DNA from: Oligoflexus sp.
Lineage (GTDB): Bacteria; Bdellovibrionota_B; Oligoflexia; Oligoflexales; Oligoflexaceae
Direction: 5' to 3'
NCBI GenBank assembly: GCA_014377445.1
Contig: JACMPP010000023.1
Span: 1,539-65,538, forward strand
Length of the DNA: 64,000 nucleotides
Positions 9,886 through 19,120 of the stretch are shown one piece after another. Below the pieces are notes generated by a model. The model did not search any database and had not been told where the DNA came from. It saw only the letters and a program-made list of their open reading frames with translations. Every line of letters begins with the position of its first letter. Within the stretch, counting starts at the first letter, position 1. Made by a program: the position numbers and the translations under genes.

Positions 9886-12150
9886 ATGATTGAAAACACT
9901 GACTATATTTTGGCATCTCTGTACAAAGCTGAATTCCTTTCCCATTCCTATTCCTATTCCACGCATGGAGAAGCGGCCTTGTTTTTTTTGCCAAGTTATT
10001 CCCAAAGCGCCCGCATGACTCTCGAGCATTACTGGCAAGACACTTCGCTCGGAAGACCAAAGGATTGGCCGAGTTTATTGAAGATATCTCTCAGTAATGT
10101 GTTTGGTAGTGGTGAAGCTCAGTGTTTGGTTTGGGGTGTGGAGCAATTCTTTTTCTTTAACGACGCATTCGCAAATCTCTTCTCGGATATTCTGTCTAAT
10201 GTTCCTTACAGTGGCGCTCCGCTTGAGCATTGGCCTGAGCAATGGGGCGATTTTTCCCTAGATATCGAAGAAAGTTTGCGCGATAAAAAAGTGCTTCGAC
10301 GCATCAACCGTCCTTTTTACTGGAGCGATTCCACTAAACGAACGCATCAATATTTTACTTACAGCGCCGCACCTCTGCTTGATTCGCATGGGGTAGTCAA
10401 AGGCTGTTTGCTTAACTTTACGGAAACCACGGCCTATCTTGTGAAGGAGAGGCGTCTCACGTCACTCTTTGAGCTGGCGAGTGAAACAGCCTATGCGACC
10501 TCGCCAAGCTATGTCCTGAATCAAGCCGCGCAAGTCTTAAAGCGCAATCTTGAAGATTTTGCTTTTGTGCTCCTGCTTACGCCGAAGGCATGCGGTCAGT
10601 GGTATCTTCGGGATTGGACCGGCTTCAGCGAGGACCCTTTTGAAAGAAATTGCCGCCTGGAAGGCGATTGGTCGAATAAACTCGTGAAAGGCCTCGAACG
10701 CAGCAAGATGGTATTTAATTTCTTTCAGGACATTACAGAAAGTTCGGCTTTGTTTTTCGTCAAACTCTGGGGCGACAGTGGCCAGCCTTCGGCCTGTCTC
10801 GGATTTGGCTTGCCTCACTATTTTGCCGAAACCCTATCGGGCGAATATGAAGATTTTATCATGCAGGTCAGCCGCCAGATCGAGGCTTCCCTTCGAGGCG
10901 CCGAGGCCTATGTGAGGGCCCATGCTGAGCAACTGTCTTATCGCGAGCAGCTAGAACAGAGCCAGGCTCAGCTAGAAGCCGCAGTGCAGGCGGCCAACGA
11001 TGCAAATCGACTGAAGACCTCCTTCCTTGCCAACATGAGTCACGAGATTCGAACGCCTTTGAGTGCGATACTTGGTTACAGCGAGCTTTTGCATGAAGCC
11101 AAGCTGAGTTCGGTTGAAGCCGAGTATTTACAGATCATCAATAAAAACGGCCACGCACTGTCCCACCTCGTCGATGACATCCTTGATCTATCCAAAGTCG
11201 AAGCCGGTAAATTGAGCATTGACCCGAAGCCCTTTCCCCTGATGGATCTTATCGCCGAAGTCAAAACCCTCTTTGAAATGAAAGCGAGCGTCAAAGGTTT
11301 GTTTTTTTCGGTTGCAGTAAGGCCTGATGTTCCGAAAGTGATTGTGTCCGATCGGGCCCGCGTTCGGCAGATCCTCATCAACGTGATCGGCAATGCCTTG
11401 AAATTCACTCAGCAAGGGGGTGTTTCCATCGAGATTCTCCGTAAGGGGCAGGTCGAAGGCGATAAATTCAGGCTGCATATTCAGGTTTCAGACACCGGTG
11501 TTGGATTGGATGATAAGCAGCGGGATGAACTGTTTCAGCCCTTCGTTCAGCTCGATCACACCATGGCAGGGAACTACGGTGGAACCGGCCTAGGTCTTGC
11601 ACTTTCGCGTCGTCTGACTCGCGCTCTGGGTGGTGATCTCACGATCGAGGGAGCGGCTCTGGGGGAAGGTTGTACCTTTGTGATCGCTATCACAGCGGCG
11701 ATCGCCTGCGATAATTTGTCCATTGCGGTTGATAGAGCGCAAGGGGTGGGAATGGATGCCGTCTCAACCCGAAGTGCTCAGCTCAAAGGTATTCGTATTC
11801 TTGTGGTTGATGACCAGCCTGATAATCGATTTCTTCTAACCCGAATGCTGAAGCATCAAGGGGCCGACATCATCGAAGCATCCGACGGTCTGGAGGCCGT
11901 CGAACAGGCGACGGCACAACACTGTGACATCATCCTGATGGATATTCAGATGCCTCGGATGGATGGTTATGGAGCATTGGCCGAACTTCGTTCGCGAAAA
12001 TTTCGAAAGCCCATCATCGCCTTGACGGCTCATGCTATGAAGGAAGAGCGGGAAAAGATGTTAAAGGCAGGTTTCAACGGGCATGTTGCAAAGCCTGTTA
12101 TCCAGGCTCTGCTCTTTGAAAGCATCCTGAAAGTCCTGTCCTTATCTTAG
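9886..12150 (+). CDS. Hybrid sensor histidine kinase/response regulator (PAS-like, HisKA, HATPase, REC)
   Basis: FLANMSHEIRTPL H-box, NALKFT, DTGVG, GGTGLGL, receiver LMDIQMPRMDG...KP. Start uncertain (9829, 9886 or 10015). Confidence 0.92.
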   Translation: MIENTDYILASLYKAEFLSHSYSYSTHGEAALFFLPSYSQSARMTLEHYWQDTSLGRPKDWPSLLKISLSNVFGSGEAQCLVWGVEQFFFFNDAFANLFSDILSNVPYSGAPLEHWPEQWGDFSLDIEESLRDKKVLRRINRPFYWSDSTKRTHQYFTYSAAPLLDSHGVVKGCLLNFTETTAYLVKERRLTSLFELASETAYATSPSYVLNQAAQVLKRNLEDFAFVLLLTPKACGQWYLRDWTGFSEDPFERNCRLEGDWSNKLVKGLERSKMVFNFFQDITESSALFFVKLWGDSGQPSACLGFGLPHYFAETLSGEYEDFIMQVSRQIEASLRGAEAYVRAHAEQLSYREQLEQSQAQLEAAVQAANDANRLKTSFLANMSHEIRTPLSAILGYSELLHEAKLSSVEAEYLQIINKNGHALSHLVDDILDLSKVEAGKLSIDPKPFPLMDLIAEVKTLFEMKASVKGLFFSVAVRPDVPKVIVSDRARVRQILINVIGNALKFTQQGGVSIEILRKGQVEGDKFRLHIQVSDTGVGLDDKQRDELFQPFVQLDHTMAGNYGGTGLGLALSRRLTRALGGDLTIEGAALGEGCTFVIAITAAIACDNLSIAVDRAQGVGMDAVSTRSAQLKGIRILVVDDQPDNRFLLTRMLKHQGADIIEASDGLEAVEQATAQHCDIILMDIQMPRMDGYGALAELRSRKFRKPIIALTAHAMKEEREKMLKAGFNGHVAKPVIQALLFESILKVLSLS

Positions 12151-13775
12151 CTGCCGATCGGCAGATCGATAAAGCTGTCGCCATTTCCTTCCAATTCAAC
12201 GCGAAAATAATTTTTTGGACTCTGGAATTCAGGATCGTAGGTATCGATCGCGATGACCAGTCGATCGCCTTTTTTGAACTGAGCGAAAGCTCCGTAGAGG
12301 TCGAACTTTATGGTTTGGGCTTCGGTCGGATTGAAATCGCGGAGAGTGTAAGGCGTCATGGATACGAGCTGCCATGTGCCTTTGCTGTCGACGCGGAAGA
12401 CGTGCGTGACGAGTTGGGCCTGCTGGCCTTCGGCTCTGACCCTGAGTTGGATGTGCGGAATGCCCAGGAGTCGGAAATTATCGTTCTCAATCTTCATTTG
12501 AAAGATCGCGGCCTTGTTCGTCTTGATGTTGCGATCATTCGTATGGGATTTCAAGAGAGGGATCTTTACGATGGAACCCAGGATCGGAAGTCCGGACGAG
12601 ACGCCGGAGTCTTTGCCGTTCTCGATGCTGTGATCGCCCGATTGAACGGCCTCCGAGGTCAGGGCACCAAATACTTTGCTGTCCTGATCATGGCTCAGAT
12701 AAAACCTCTGACTGTTTTGGATAAGCTCAGCTGTGCTATGTCCTGAGTAGGTCTTGCCATTGTTCAGATTGATTTGCACTTCGCTGCTTTCAACCATGTG
12801 ATCCGGCGGATTTTTGCTTAGCCAGCGTTCAAACCATTCAGTCGCATCATCCCAGACCTTGTTTTGCCATGGGAGAATCATACCCGCGATTTCAGCCGTG
12901 GCGTGGATGCCCGGCTGGAGATTCATCTTCTTCGGGGTATGGAGATGTTCATAGAACTTCCAGACGTCTGAGACGGGGAAAAGGATGTCCGACATATTCT
13001 GGCTAAGGAGAATAGCTGGTTTGTGGGCTGCAAAAAGATCGAGCATGTACATGGGTGTGCGCGGATCGGTGTAGGCATGGATTTTTTCAAAGTCGTTATT
13101 TTCGATTGCCTCGTAGGTTTCCTTCATCATGGAAGCATGACCATTGCCTGTCCCCATGATCGAACCGAGGTAGAGTAGAGTATCCCAGTATATGCGTTTG
13201 GTGTTGTTCCCATAGATCGGCGTGAAGAAATCGGTCCAGGTGCTCATCGAGGCCACGGCTTTGATTCGGGGCTCGTAAGCAGCCGCGATGAGTGCAACGC
13301 CGGCTCCGAGAGAAACACCGCCGATACCGATGCGAGACGAATCGATCAAGGGATTTTTGGAAGCCCAGTCGATGACCGAACTTACATCCGCGATATCTTG
13401 CGGGCCGCCGTTGGCCACTTCACCGGTTGAACCGGCCCAACCTCTTAAATTATAGGCCAATACGACAAAACCTTTGTCGGCAAGGGCTTGAGATTGGAAG
13501 GCATAGACCCAGGATCCGATCGACCAGGGGTTGAGAAGTATGACCAAGGGGGCGGGACCTTTGAGGCCTCTTTTGTGGTAGAGCTTTCCAATCAATTCCA
13601 CGCCTGGTTCAAGGGGGATTCGAACTTCATCACGGTTGGTGGTAAAGAGTCCGAAATCGAAAGCGCTGGCAGCAGCCGAAGCGTTGTGCAGGCATAAACT
13701 CATGAACAAAAACGTCAAGAATGTAGCTATAGAACGACAGCGAAACTTAGTTTTGAGGGCTATTGTAAGCGGCAT
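12147..13775 (-). CDS. Secreted CocE/NonD-family alpha/beta hydrolase with X-Pro dipeptidyl-peptidase-like C-terminal domain
   Basis: Signal peptide, YNLRGWAGSTG, nucleophile elbow GVSLG, GIHA; C-terminal jelly-roll-like FKKGDRLVIAIDT. Confidence 0.8.
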   Translation of the reverse strand: MPLTIALKTKFRCRSIATFLTFLFMSLCLHNASAAASAFDFGLFTTNRDEVRIPLEPGVELIGKLYHKRGLKGPAPLVILLNPWSIGSWVYAFQSQALADKGFVVLAYNLRGWAGSTGEVANGGPQDIADVSSVIDWASKNPLIDSSRIGIGGVSLGAGVALIAAAYEPRIKAVASMSTWTDFFTPIYGNNTKRIYWDTLLYLGSIMGTGNGHASMMKETYEAIENNDFEKIHAYTDPRTPMYMLDLFAAHKPAILLSQNMSDILFPVSDVWKFYEHLHTPKKMNLQPGIHATAEIAGMILPWQNKVWDDATEWFERWLSKNPPDHMVESSEVQINLNNGKTYSGHSTAELIQNSQRFYLSHDQDSKVFGALTSEAVQSGDHSIENGKDSGVSSGLPILGSIVKIPLLKSHTNDRNIKTNKAAIFQMKIENDNFRLLGIPHIQLRVRAEGQQAQLVTHVFRVDSKGTWQLVSMTPYTLRDFNPTEAQTIKFDLYGAFAQFKKGDRLVIAIDTYDPEFQSPKNYFRVELEGNGDSFIDLPIGS

Positions 13776-13941
13776 AGCAGCAGTGCCTCCGGGATTGTTA
13801 TGTAGACCTTTTAGATCAGGAATTCACGGGAATCAAGGGGCAGTTCGTAGCTCTTTTTGGGATAGTTTCCTTGGGAAATTTTCGGGAAAGGAGTTTCAGC
13901 GATTCGAGAGACCGAAAAGTCTCTCGAATAGGATTAAGGAA

Positions 13942-14451
13942 TCAGTAGCTGCCGGGTCCCCGAGGCGGTTCGATGCCCGCGGTCTGATGATAATTGGAAG
14001 CGATGTTACGGGAATTGTTGTCTAGAACTCGATTCGGATCGTCCAATGCTGCGGCAAAAAAAGCAAAATTCTGTTCTTCCACTTTGCCGTGATGCTTGCG
14101 CAGTATTTCTATCGCGTGGTCTCCATCCTGGTTGGCTTGGATCAGGATTACATGGTTTTTTCTTTCAAAGGCTTCCAGAAAATAGTCTTCCGCCTCCGGA
14201 TTCACCGTCCAATTGCCACGTGAATCCTCGTATTCACCTTCATCGGCAAAGCCATGGATGCGAGCCATAAATCCGCTTACAGTCGGCTTTTCCTTGCTGC
14301 TGTCGTGTTGGGGGTGATGGTCGTTTTGAATGTAACGGAGCCTTTGATCGTAGCCCGCGAATTTTAGATCCTCCACTGCGGCCTGGGCGTCCCAGGCATC
14401 TGAAAAGAAGCCGATAATTGTCGCGTTATCTTGTGGATTGCTGACCGTCAT
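13942..14451 (-). CDS. Hypothetical protein, general-stress-protein-like N-terminus
   Basis: IIGFFSDAWDAQAAVEDLKFAGY resembles YflT-type starts; AAGGAG SD; sigma-54 motif upstream. Confidence 0.65.
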   Translation of the reverse strand: MTVSNPQDNATIIGFFSDAWDAQAAVEDLKFAGYDQRLRYIQNDHHPQHDSSKEKPTVSGFMARIHGFADEGEYEDSRGNWTVNPEAEDYFLEAFERKNHVILIQANQDGDHAIEILRKHHGKVEEQNFAFFAAALDDPNRVLDNNSRNIASNYHQTAGIEPPRGPGSY

Positions 14452-14487
14452 GCCCGTTCTCCTTTATGAATCGTTCTCCAGTTTTCC

Positions 14488-14503
14488 TGCAAAGGAAGGG
14501 CCA
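14488..14503 (-). promoter_or_regulatory. Sigma-54 (-24/-12) promoter
   Basis: Minus strand reads TGGCCC-TTCCT-TTGCA, against consensus TGGCAC-N5-TTGCW; 36 nt upstream of ATG 14451. Confidence 0.65.
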
Positions 14504-14696
14504 GATTCTAATGGCTCCACGCATTGTTTTAGCCAACTTATAGGAGTGGAGGGAGTCTTACTGTCGTGGTCCACCTACAGTGACGCGACAATTCAGCACT
14601 TAAAGTCTCATAATTCTTATTGGGGGAGGCAGTTCTAAAAAATCTTGAAGAACCTACCCATTCCGATTATTCAAACAGGCTTTTTCGCCGAATACG

Positions 14697-14731
14697 AAAA
14701 AAGAGAGCTGTGCAAACAGCTCTCTTTTTTT
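14697..14731. terminator. Bidirectional intrinsic terminator
   Basis: AAAAAAGAGAGCTGT-GCAA-ACAGCTCTCTTTTTTT. Confidence 0.8.
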
Positions 14732-14781
14732 AGTCTCAAGTTACAATCATTTCATTCGATATCGAGAATGGAGCCCAGTGT

Positions 14782-15909
14782 TTACGCGTCCAGTGAGCTC
14801 ATAAATAACTCTTCATCGCCCAGGACGAGAGCAAGCAGTTTTCTAAGTTCTCTATCCTGCATCCAGCCCTTGCGTTGGAGGGTTCGGATGAAGGGGTCGT
14901 TGGATTCTTCGGTTTCGCGAAGAATTTCCTTTAAGCGAATCAGAGTGGGCTGATGCATATGGGTCTGACGGTTTTCCGTCAGGTGCCTCAGGTATTCTTT
15001 CACCAGCTTCAAACCATCCTTCACATGTCCGATATCAGGGCCCGGACAGTTCGGGTCGAGTAAAGCAGCGATCAGGATGCCGCTCGCATGCAAAAGACCG
15101 TTGTCGATCTCTTTGGATGACAGGCGATTGAGGAGTTGGCCGTGTTCGACGACCAATGCCGCAAGATAACCATCCGCCACAGTATTGTGAAAGCCTTCCC
15201 GCACGAGCCAATCCAGTAGATCCTTATCGCGTTCGTGTAGTGTGGGCAGCAAGGCTCTTATGGTATGGATACGTCCCCAACCATAAACGCACTGTGCGAG
15301 CATCCAACAATCGCTTTGAAAACGATCCTGGAAGTTTTCGAGGCAGAGAAGTGCATAGTAGGTGAACTCATCATGCTGCGAGAAGAGGAGAGCGAGGGCT
15401 CTGACTTCGGGGAGCTGATAGAAGCTCAGGACTATGAGGGCAAATTTCAAAGCCTGACGGTCCGTCGCATGCAAAGCAAGCTGTGCTGCGAAGGTAAATA
15501 CGCGTGCTGGATCCAATGGATAACGGGAAAGTTGTTCCATCAGAAGTTCGAGCGAAGGCATGAGATCGTAATTTAAAAGTAAATCATAGAGGGCGCGCAC
15601 ATCCGCTTCTTCGAAGGTTTCCACGGCGCGTGCGAAAACAGTCACAAGTTCATCCACTTGTCTTGGATGAGGTTTGCGGTGAGTGTGCAAGAGCAAATAG
15701 CCGTCGCGGGCGCCTGCAACTTTAACGAGTTGGCCTCTTTGCTTTACGTATTTTTCGTCGGGCAGGCGTGTGTGGTCAGGTAGAAGGCGGCCTGCATCAT
15801 CAAGGCCTTCTATGAGAAATTTGTAAATAGAAGGTCGATGGCCAAGCCATGACCACTCAAGAGTTTCAGAAGCGGTAGCTTTTTTTTCGAAGAGCTCGAA
15901 GAGTTTCAT
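14782..15909 (-). CDS. Hypothetical helical protein
   Basis: 375 aa, GGGGAG SD; motifs PSIY...LPDE, GARDG and GWGRIH suggest a conserved uncharacterised family. Confidence 0.75.
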   Translation of the reverse strand: MKLFELFEKKATASETLEWSWLGHRPSIYKFLIEGLDDAGRLLPDHTRLPDEKYVKQRGQLVKVAGARDGYLLLHTHRKPHPRQVDELVTVFARAVETFEEADVRALYDLLLNYDLMPSLELLMEQLSRYPLDPARVFTFAAQLALHATDRQALKFALIVLSFYQLPEVRALALLFSQHDEFTYYALLCLENFQDRFQSDCWMLAQCVYGWGRIHTIRALLPTLHERDKDLLDWLVREGFHNTVADGYLAALVVEHGQLLNRLSSKEIDNGLLHASGILIAALLDPNCPGPDIGHVKDGLKLVKEYLRHLTENRQTHMHQPTLIRLKEILRETEESNDPFIRTLQRKGWMQDRELRKLLALVLGDEELFMSSLDA

Positions 15910-16569
15910 AGCGACTCCCCATGATTCATTCTTAGATCATTCTGCCCTAAAAGTACTCCCAGCGTAAAACCCATTTCTTCCTTTTTTGAAATATTTATGA
16001 TCAGTATGTATATAAATTGGCGGCTAAAAATATGTAGTCTTAGCCTATAAAACAACGATATCGCGTGTGTGCTTACTTGTCGATTGAGCTGTTATCAAAA
16101 CAGGATGTTCATCGCTTATTATGACGGCCTAATTTTATTTTTGAGCGTGGGTGATAGAGCGAGCTTAATTTTAGGAATAAGCCTCGGCGTGATCTTAAGG
16201 GGATTATGCTTTGTAGCAAATTGCAGACAGGGTTGTTGCTTTAGAGTCATAGGGGACGACTCTTGAGGTGGAGGTTGGGATCGTAGGATAAGGGAAAAAG
16301 TTCTTGGCATCCGATCCGCTGGGGAGTTATTTGATACTTTTAGCTTCAATGCCAACTCGTCCCAATCGATTTAACAGGGTGTGGCTGGCATAATGTTTAT
16401 GACGCTGAAACCCTGAAAGGCATGATGGAAGCCAAGGAAAGGCACAAAAATTGAGCGAATTTGAACGAGAAGGGCCCGTAAGTTTCAGTTTCGATTGCAA
16501 ATAGTTGCCTATCTCACACGGGTGTTGGTAGAATAGGATCTGAGCCCAGTATCTAACGAGGGGAAATAA

Positions 16570-16878
16570 ATGGTAAAGTCTGAGCTTATCGAGAGTCTTG
16601 CAGAGCGGGCCGATATCACTTTGGCGAAAGCTGAAGAGGTCGTTGATTTGTTTTTCAATAACATTACCGAAACCTTGGCAAACGGCGATCGCGTAGAGAT
16701 TCGCGGCTTTGGTGCCTTTACTGTTCGCGATTACAAGTCCTACAAGGGCCGCAATCCCAAGACGGGTGAGCAGATCACAGTTCCGCCAAAACGCTTGCCT
16801 TTCTGGAAAACCGGTCAGGAACTCAAGCAACGCGTGGACTCAGCATTTGTAGCAAAATTAGGTCGAGGCGAGGGCTGA
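16570..16878 (+). CDS. ihfB: Integration host factor subunit beta / HU family
   Basis: MVKSELIE, GDRVEIRGFGAF, GRNPKTGE, PFWKTGQELKQRVD. Confidence 0.88.
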   Translation: MVKSELIESLAERADITLAKAEEVVDLFFNNITETLANGDRVEIRGFGAFTVRDYKSYKGRNPKTGEQITVPPKRLPFWKTGQELKQRVDSAFVAKLGRGEG

Positions 16879-16986
16879 GTGGCGCGCCGAACGTCACTTT
16901 TATATCTCCCCTTGACAAACTCCACAGAAGATTGACATTAGCGGTCTAAGTTAATGTCGGTCGTCTCTGAGTGGGAGCTCTTACTC

Positions 16987-17352
16987 ATGCCTATCTATGA
17001 ATATCGCTGTAAAGATTGCGGCAAAGTGTCCGAATTTCAAATGAAGATGTCGGATCCGAACCCGGATGTATGTCCTACATGCGGAAATCCTTCTTTGTCA
17101 AAGATCATGAGTTTGCCTTCTTTTCAATTGAAAGGCGGAGGATGGTATTCGGATGCCTATGATGGCAAATCGAATAAAACAAGCAACAAAGGTGCTGAGA
17201 GCCCAAGCTCTGATGCTGTTCCAGCGGCTGCTCCTGCAGCAGCAGGGGCGACACCGGCGGCAGCGCCGGCCGCAGCAGCAAGTCCAGCACCGGCTGCGAG
17301 TTCTGCTCCCTCTTCGGGTTCATCGACCCCCTCGGGAACTCCGAAAGGGTAG
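16987..17352 (+). CDS. FmdB-family zinc-ribbon protein with Ala/Pro/Ser tail
   Basis: MPIYEYRCKDCG...CPTCG...SFQLKGGGWY; start moved to ATG 16987. Confidence 0.9.
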   Translation: MPIYEYRCKDCGKVSEFQMKMSDPNPDVCPTCGNPSLSKIMSLPSFQLKGGGWYSDAYDGKSNKTSNKGAESPSSDAVPAAAPAAAGATPAAAPAAAASPAPAASSAPSSGSSTPSGTPKG

Positions 17353-17378
17353 GGTTGGACCGTCGTAGACGGTTATTT

Positions 17379-17417
17379 AAAAAAAAGTTCTGGCCTAGCG
17401 GTCAGAGCTTTTTTTTT
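17379..17417. terminator. Bidirectional intrinsic terminator
   Basis: A8-GTTCTGGCC-TAGC-GGTCAGAGC-T9 between convergent genes. Confidence 0.8.
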
Positions 17418-17426
17418 GGGGGGGAA

Positions 17427-17517
17427 GTGACTGAGCGTAGGGGTTGAGGCAGAGCCTCAACCCCCGCCGGGGGGCGCACTGTCTTTCGTGTGAGAACAGG
17501 CCCACAAAGCAGTCACC
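17427..17517. repeat. REP-like palindromic element (single copy in this window)
   Basis: GTAG (17437-17440) leading into a perfect 11-bp hairpin GGGGTTGAGGC-AGA-GCCTCAACCCC (17440-17464), enclosed by GTGACTG...CAGTCAC. Confidence 0.5.
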
Positions 17518-17536
17518 CCTCACAGTCCTACATATT

Positions 17537-19069
17537 TTAAGGCTTTTTCTGAAGCCCCTCTGTAATCAAATCTTTAATCTCTGTCAAAGAATGACTCTGA
17601 TCCGACGCTGCATAAATCCGCCGGATGGCCACCGAATCATTGCTCGCAATCAAACTCGAAAAATCCTCTATTGCACAAATACGATGAAGCTGCTGCTCAT
17701 CCTTCTTAATCAGGCGCAGATAATTACTACTCCGCCCACTACCCTTAGGCTGAAACCTCGTAAGAGAATTCTCGGAAGAAATCTCCTGAAAAGTAATCCC
17801 CTTCGCCTGAAGCAAAGTTTTCACTTTTTCAAGGCCGAGCGCAGCGGGCTTCCCTCTGGGAACCGTCACCTCATAAACCCGCTTCCACAGACGGCGGTTA
17901 TAAAGCAAATCCGCCACGAGAACGACTGTCTCCTCCTGCAGCGGAGCCGGCAACTTCTTCGCCGCCTCCCACAACGCATTTCCGATATTGTATTCGTCTA
18001 TCGCAGCATAGTTTTCAATTCGGGCGGGAAGTCGCCAATCCCCGAGGGTATTACACAAATGTCTCATCATCGCTTCCGCAGCCACCGACGACTTGTGGAA
18101 ATAAAGCTGCAGATACATCGAATACCTGGCTCGCAAATAATCCTCAAAAGCCGCCAAGCCCGATAGATGAATCGCTACGTGAATCTGCTGATCCGCATCG
18201 TCGAAATAAAGCCCCAGAGAATCCAAAATGCGATCGACATCAAAAACCCCGTAAACCACCCCGCATTCTCTTGAATCCCGTAACAAATAATCCATACGAT
18301 CAATATCAAGCTCTCCCGAAATCAACTCGCGGAGCACATGACTCGTCTGACTACTCAGCAGCGGTGACTCCGCAGCCGGCTGTATCGCCGGATTGATCAT
18401 CGCGATCACATCCCGCGGATCCACCACCAACTTCAGTTGCGGATTCTTCTCATAAACCCCGGTCAAAATCTTATCGATAAGGAGAATGGAATAAATCTCA
18501 TGGCGAACTTTAATAAGCTTGGGATCCTCACCCTTCTTGATTATCTCCGCTATGCGGTTATCAATATACTCAAGAAGGTAGGCGGGAAGATCCGCATTCG
18601 CATCCCGCACATCCACCCAACTCGGCATAAAATGCTCACCGCTATGAGAAAACGCCGGATGCCCCACGTCATGCAGCAAAGCCGCCAGACGAAAGGTCTG
18701 CAAACTATAATCCGATTGAAAAATCTGATCCATCATGGCGAAAGTGGGCCACAGACGACCATGTCTTTCTTTTTTGTCGGCAGCTTCTTCGAAAGCTTTG
18801 AAATCTTGAATATTGGAGACAGTGTGCCTCAGCCGTTCCTGATTGGTCTGCAGCTTCTCCCAGGCCCGCGCCGCGAGATGCATAACCCCCAGGGAGTGCT
18901 CAAACCTTGTATGCGTCGCACCAGGGAAAACATAGTGCAAAAATGCTAGCTGTCGCACACGCCGGAGGCGTTGAAAAAAGGGATGGGAAATCACCGCGTC
19001 TTCGAGTTCGGAAACATCGATACTACCGTGTAAATTATCTCGGATACGGCGAACAATATTCAGACCCAT
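17537..19069 (-). CDS. HD-domain dNTP triphosphohydrolase-like protein (SAMHD1/YdhJ-type)
   Basis: FQRLRRVRQL, HTRFEHSLGV, LLHDVGHPAFSH, LDIDRMDYLLRDS, LYFHK. Confidence 0.9.
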   Translation of the reverse strand: MGLNIVRRIRDNLHGSIDVSELEDAVISHPFFQRLRRVRQLAFLHYVFPGATHTRFEHSLGVMHLAARAWEKLQTNQERLRHTVSNIQDFKAFEEAADKKERHGRLWPTFAMMDQIFQSDYSLQTFRLAALLHDVGHPAFSHSGEHFMPSWVDVRDANADLPAYLLEYIDNRIAEIIKKGEDPKLIKVRHEIYSILLIDKILTGVYEKNPQLKLVVDPRDVIAMINPAIQPAAESPLLSSQTSHVLRELISGELDIDRMDYLLRDSRECGVVYGVFDVDRILDSLGLYFDDADQQIHVAIHLSGLAAFEDYLRARYSMYLQLYFHKSSVAAEAMMRHLCNTLGDWRLPARIENYAAIDEYNIGNALWEAAKKLPAPLQEETVVLVADLLYNRRLWKRVYEVTVPRGKPAALGLEKVKTLLQAKGITFQEISSENSLTRFQPKGSGRSSNYLRLIKKDEQQLHRICAIEDFSSLIASNDSVAIRRIYAASDQSHSLTEIKDLITEGLQKKP

Positions 19070-19120
19070 AACTACCTACTTGGACTATCGATGTGAACCT
19101 CAGCCATTTGCCGAGAGCAG

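Noticed and set aside
15910-16569. 660-nt intergenic region with short ORFs and weak sigma-54-like GG-N10-GC matches
   Set aside because: No SD-supported protein-like ORF, no recognisable RNA family, and the motifs are too degenerate.
16938-16964. Possible CIRCE (HrcA) operator before the FmdB gene
   Set aside because: Only the left half-site (TTAGCGGTC) resembles it; the right arm GAGTGCTAA is absent.
17215-17345. GCA/CCG-rich repeats in the FmdB tail
   Set aside because: Ala/Pro/Ser low-complexity coding sequence, not a DNA repeat array.
17444-18949. Plus-strand ORFs of 240 and 170 aa inside the HD gene
   Set aside because: Explained by G/T-ending codons on the coding strand removing antisense stops; no protein motifs.
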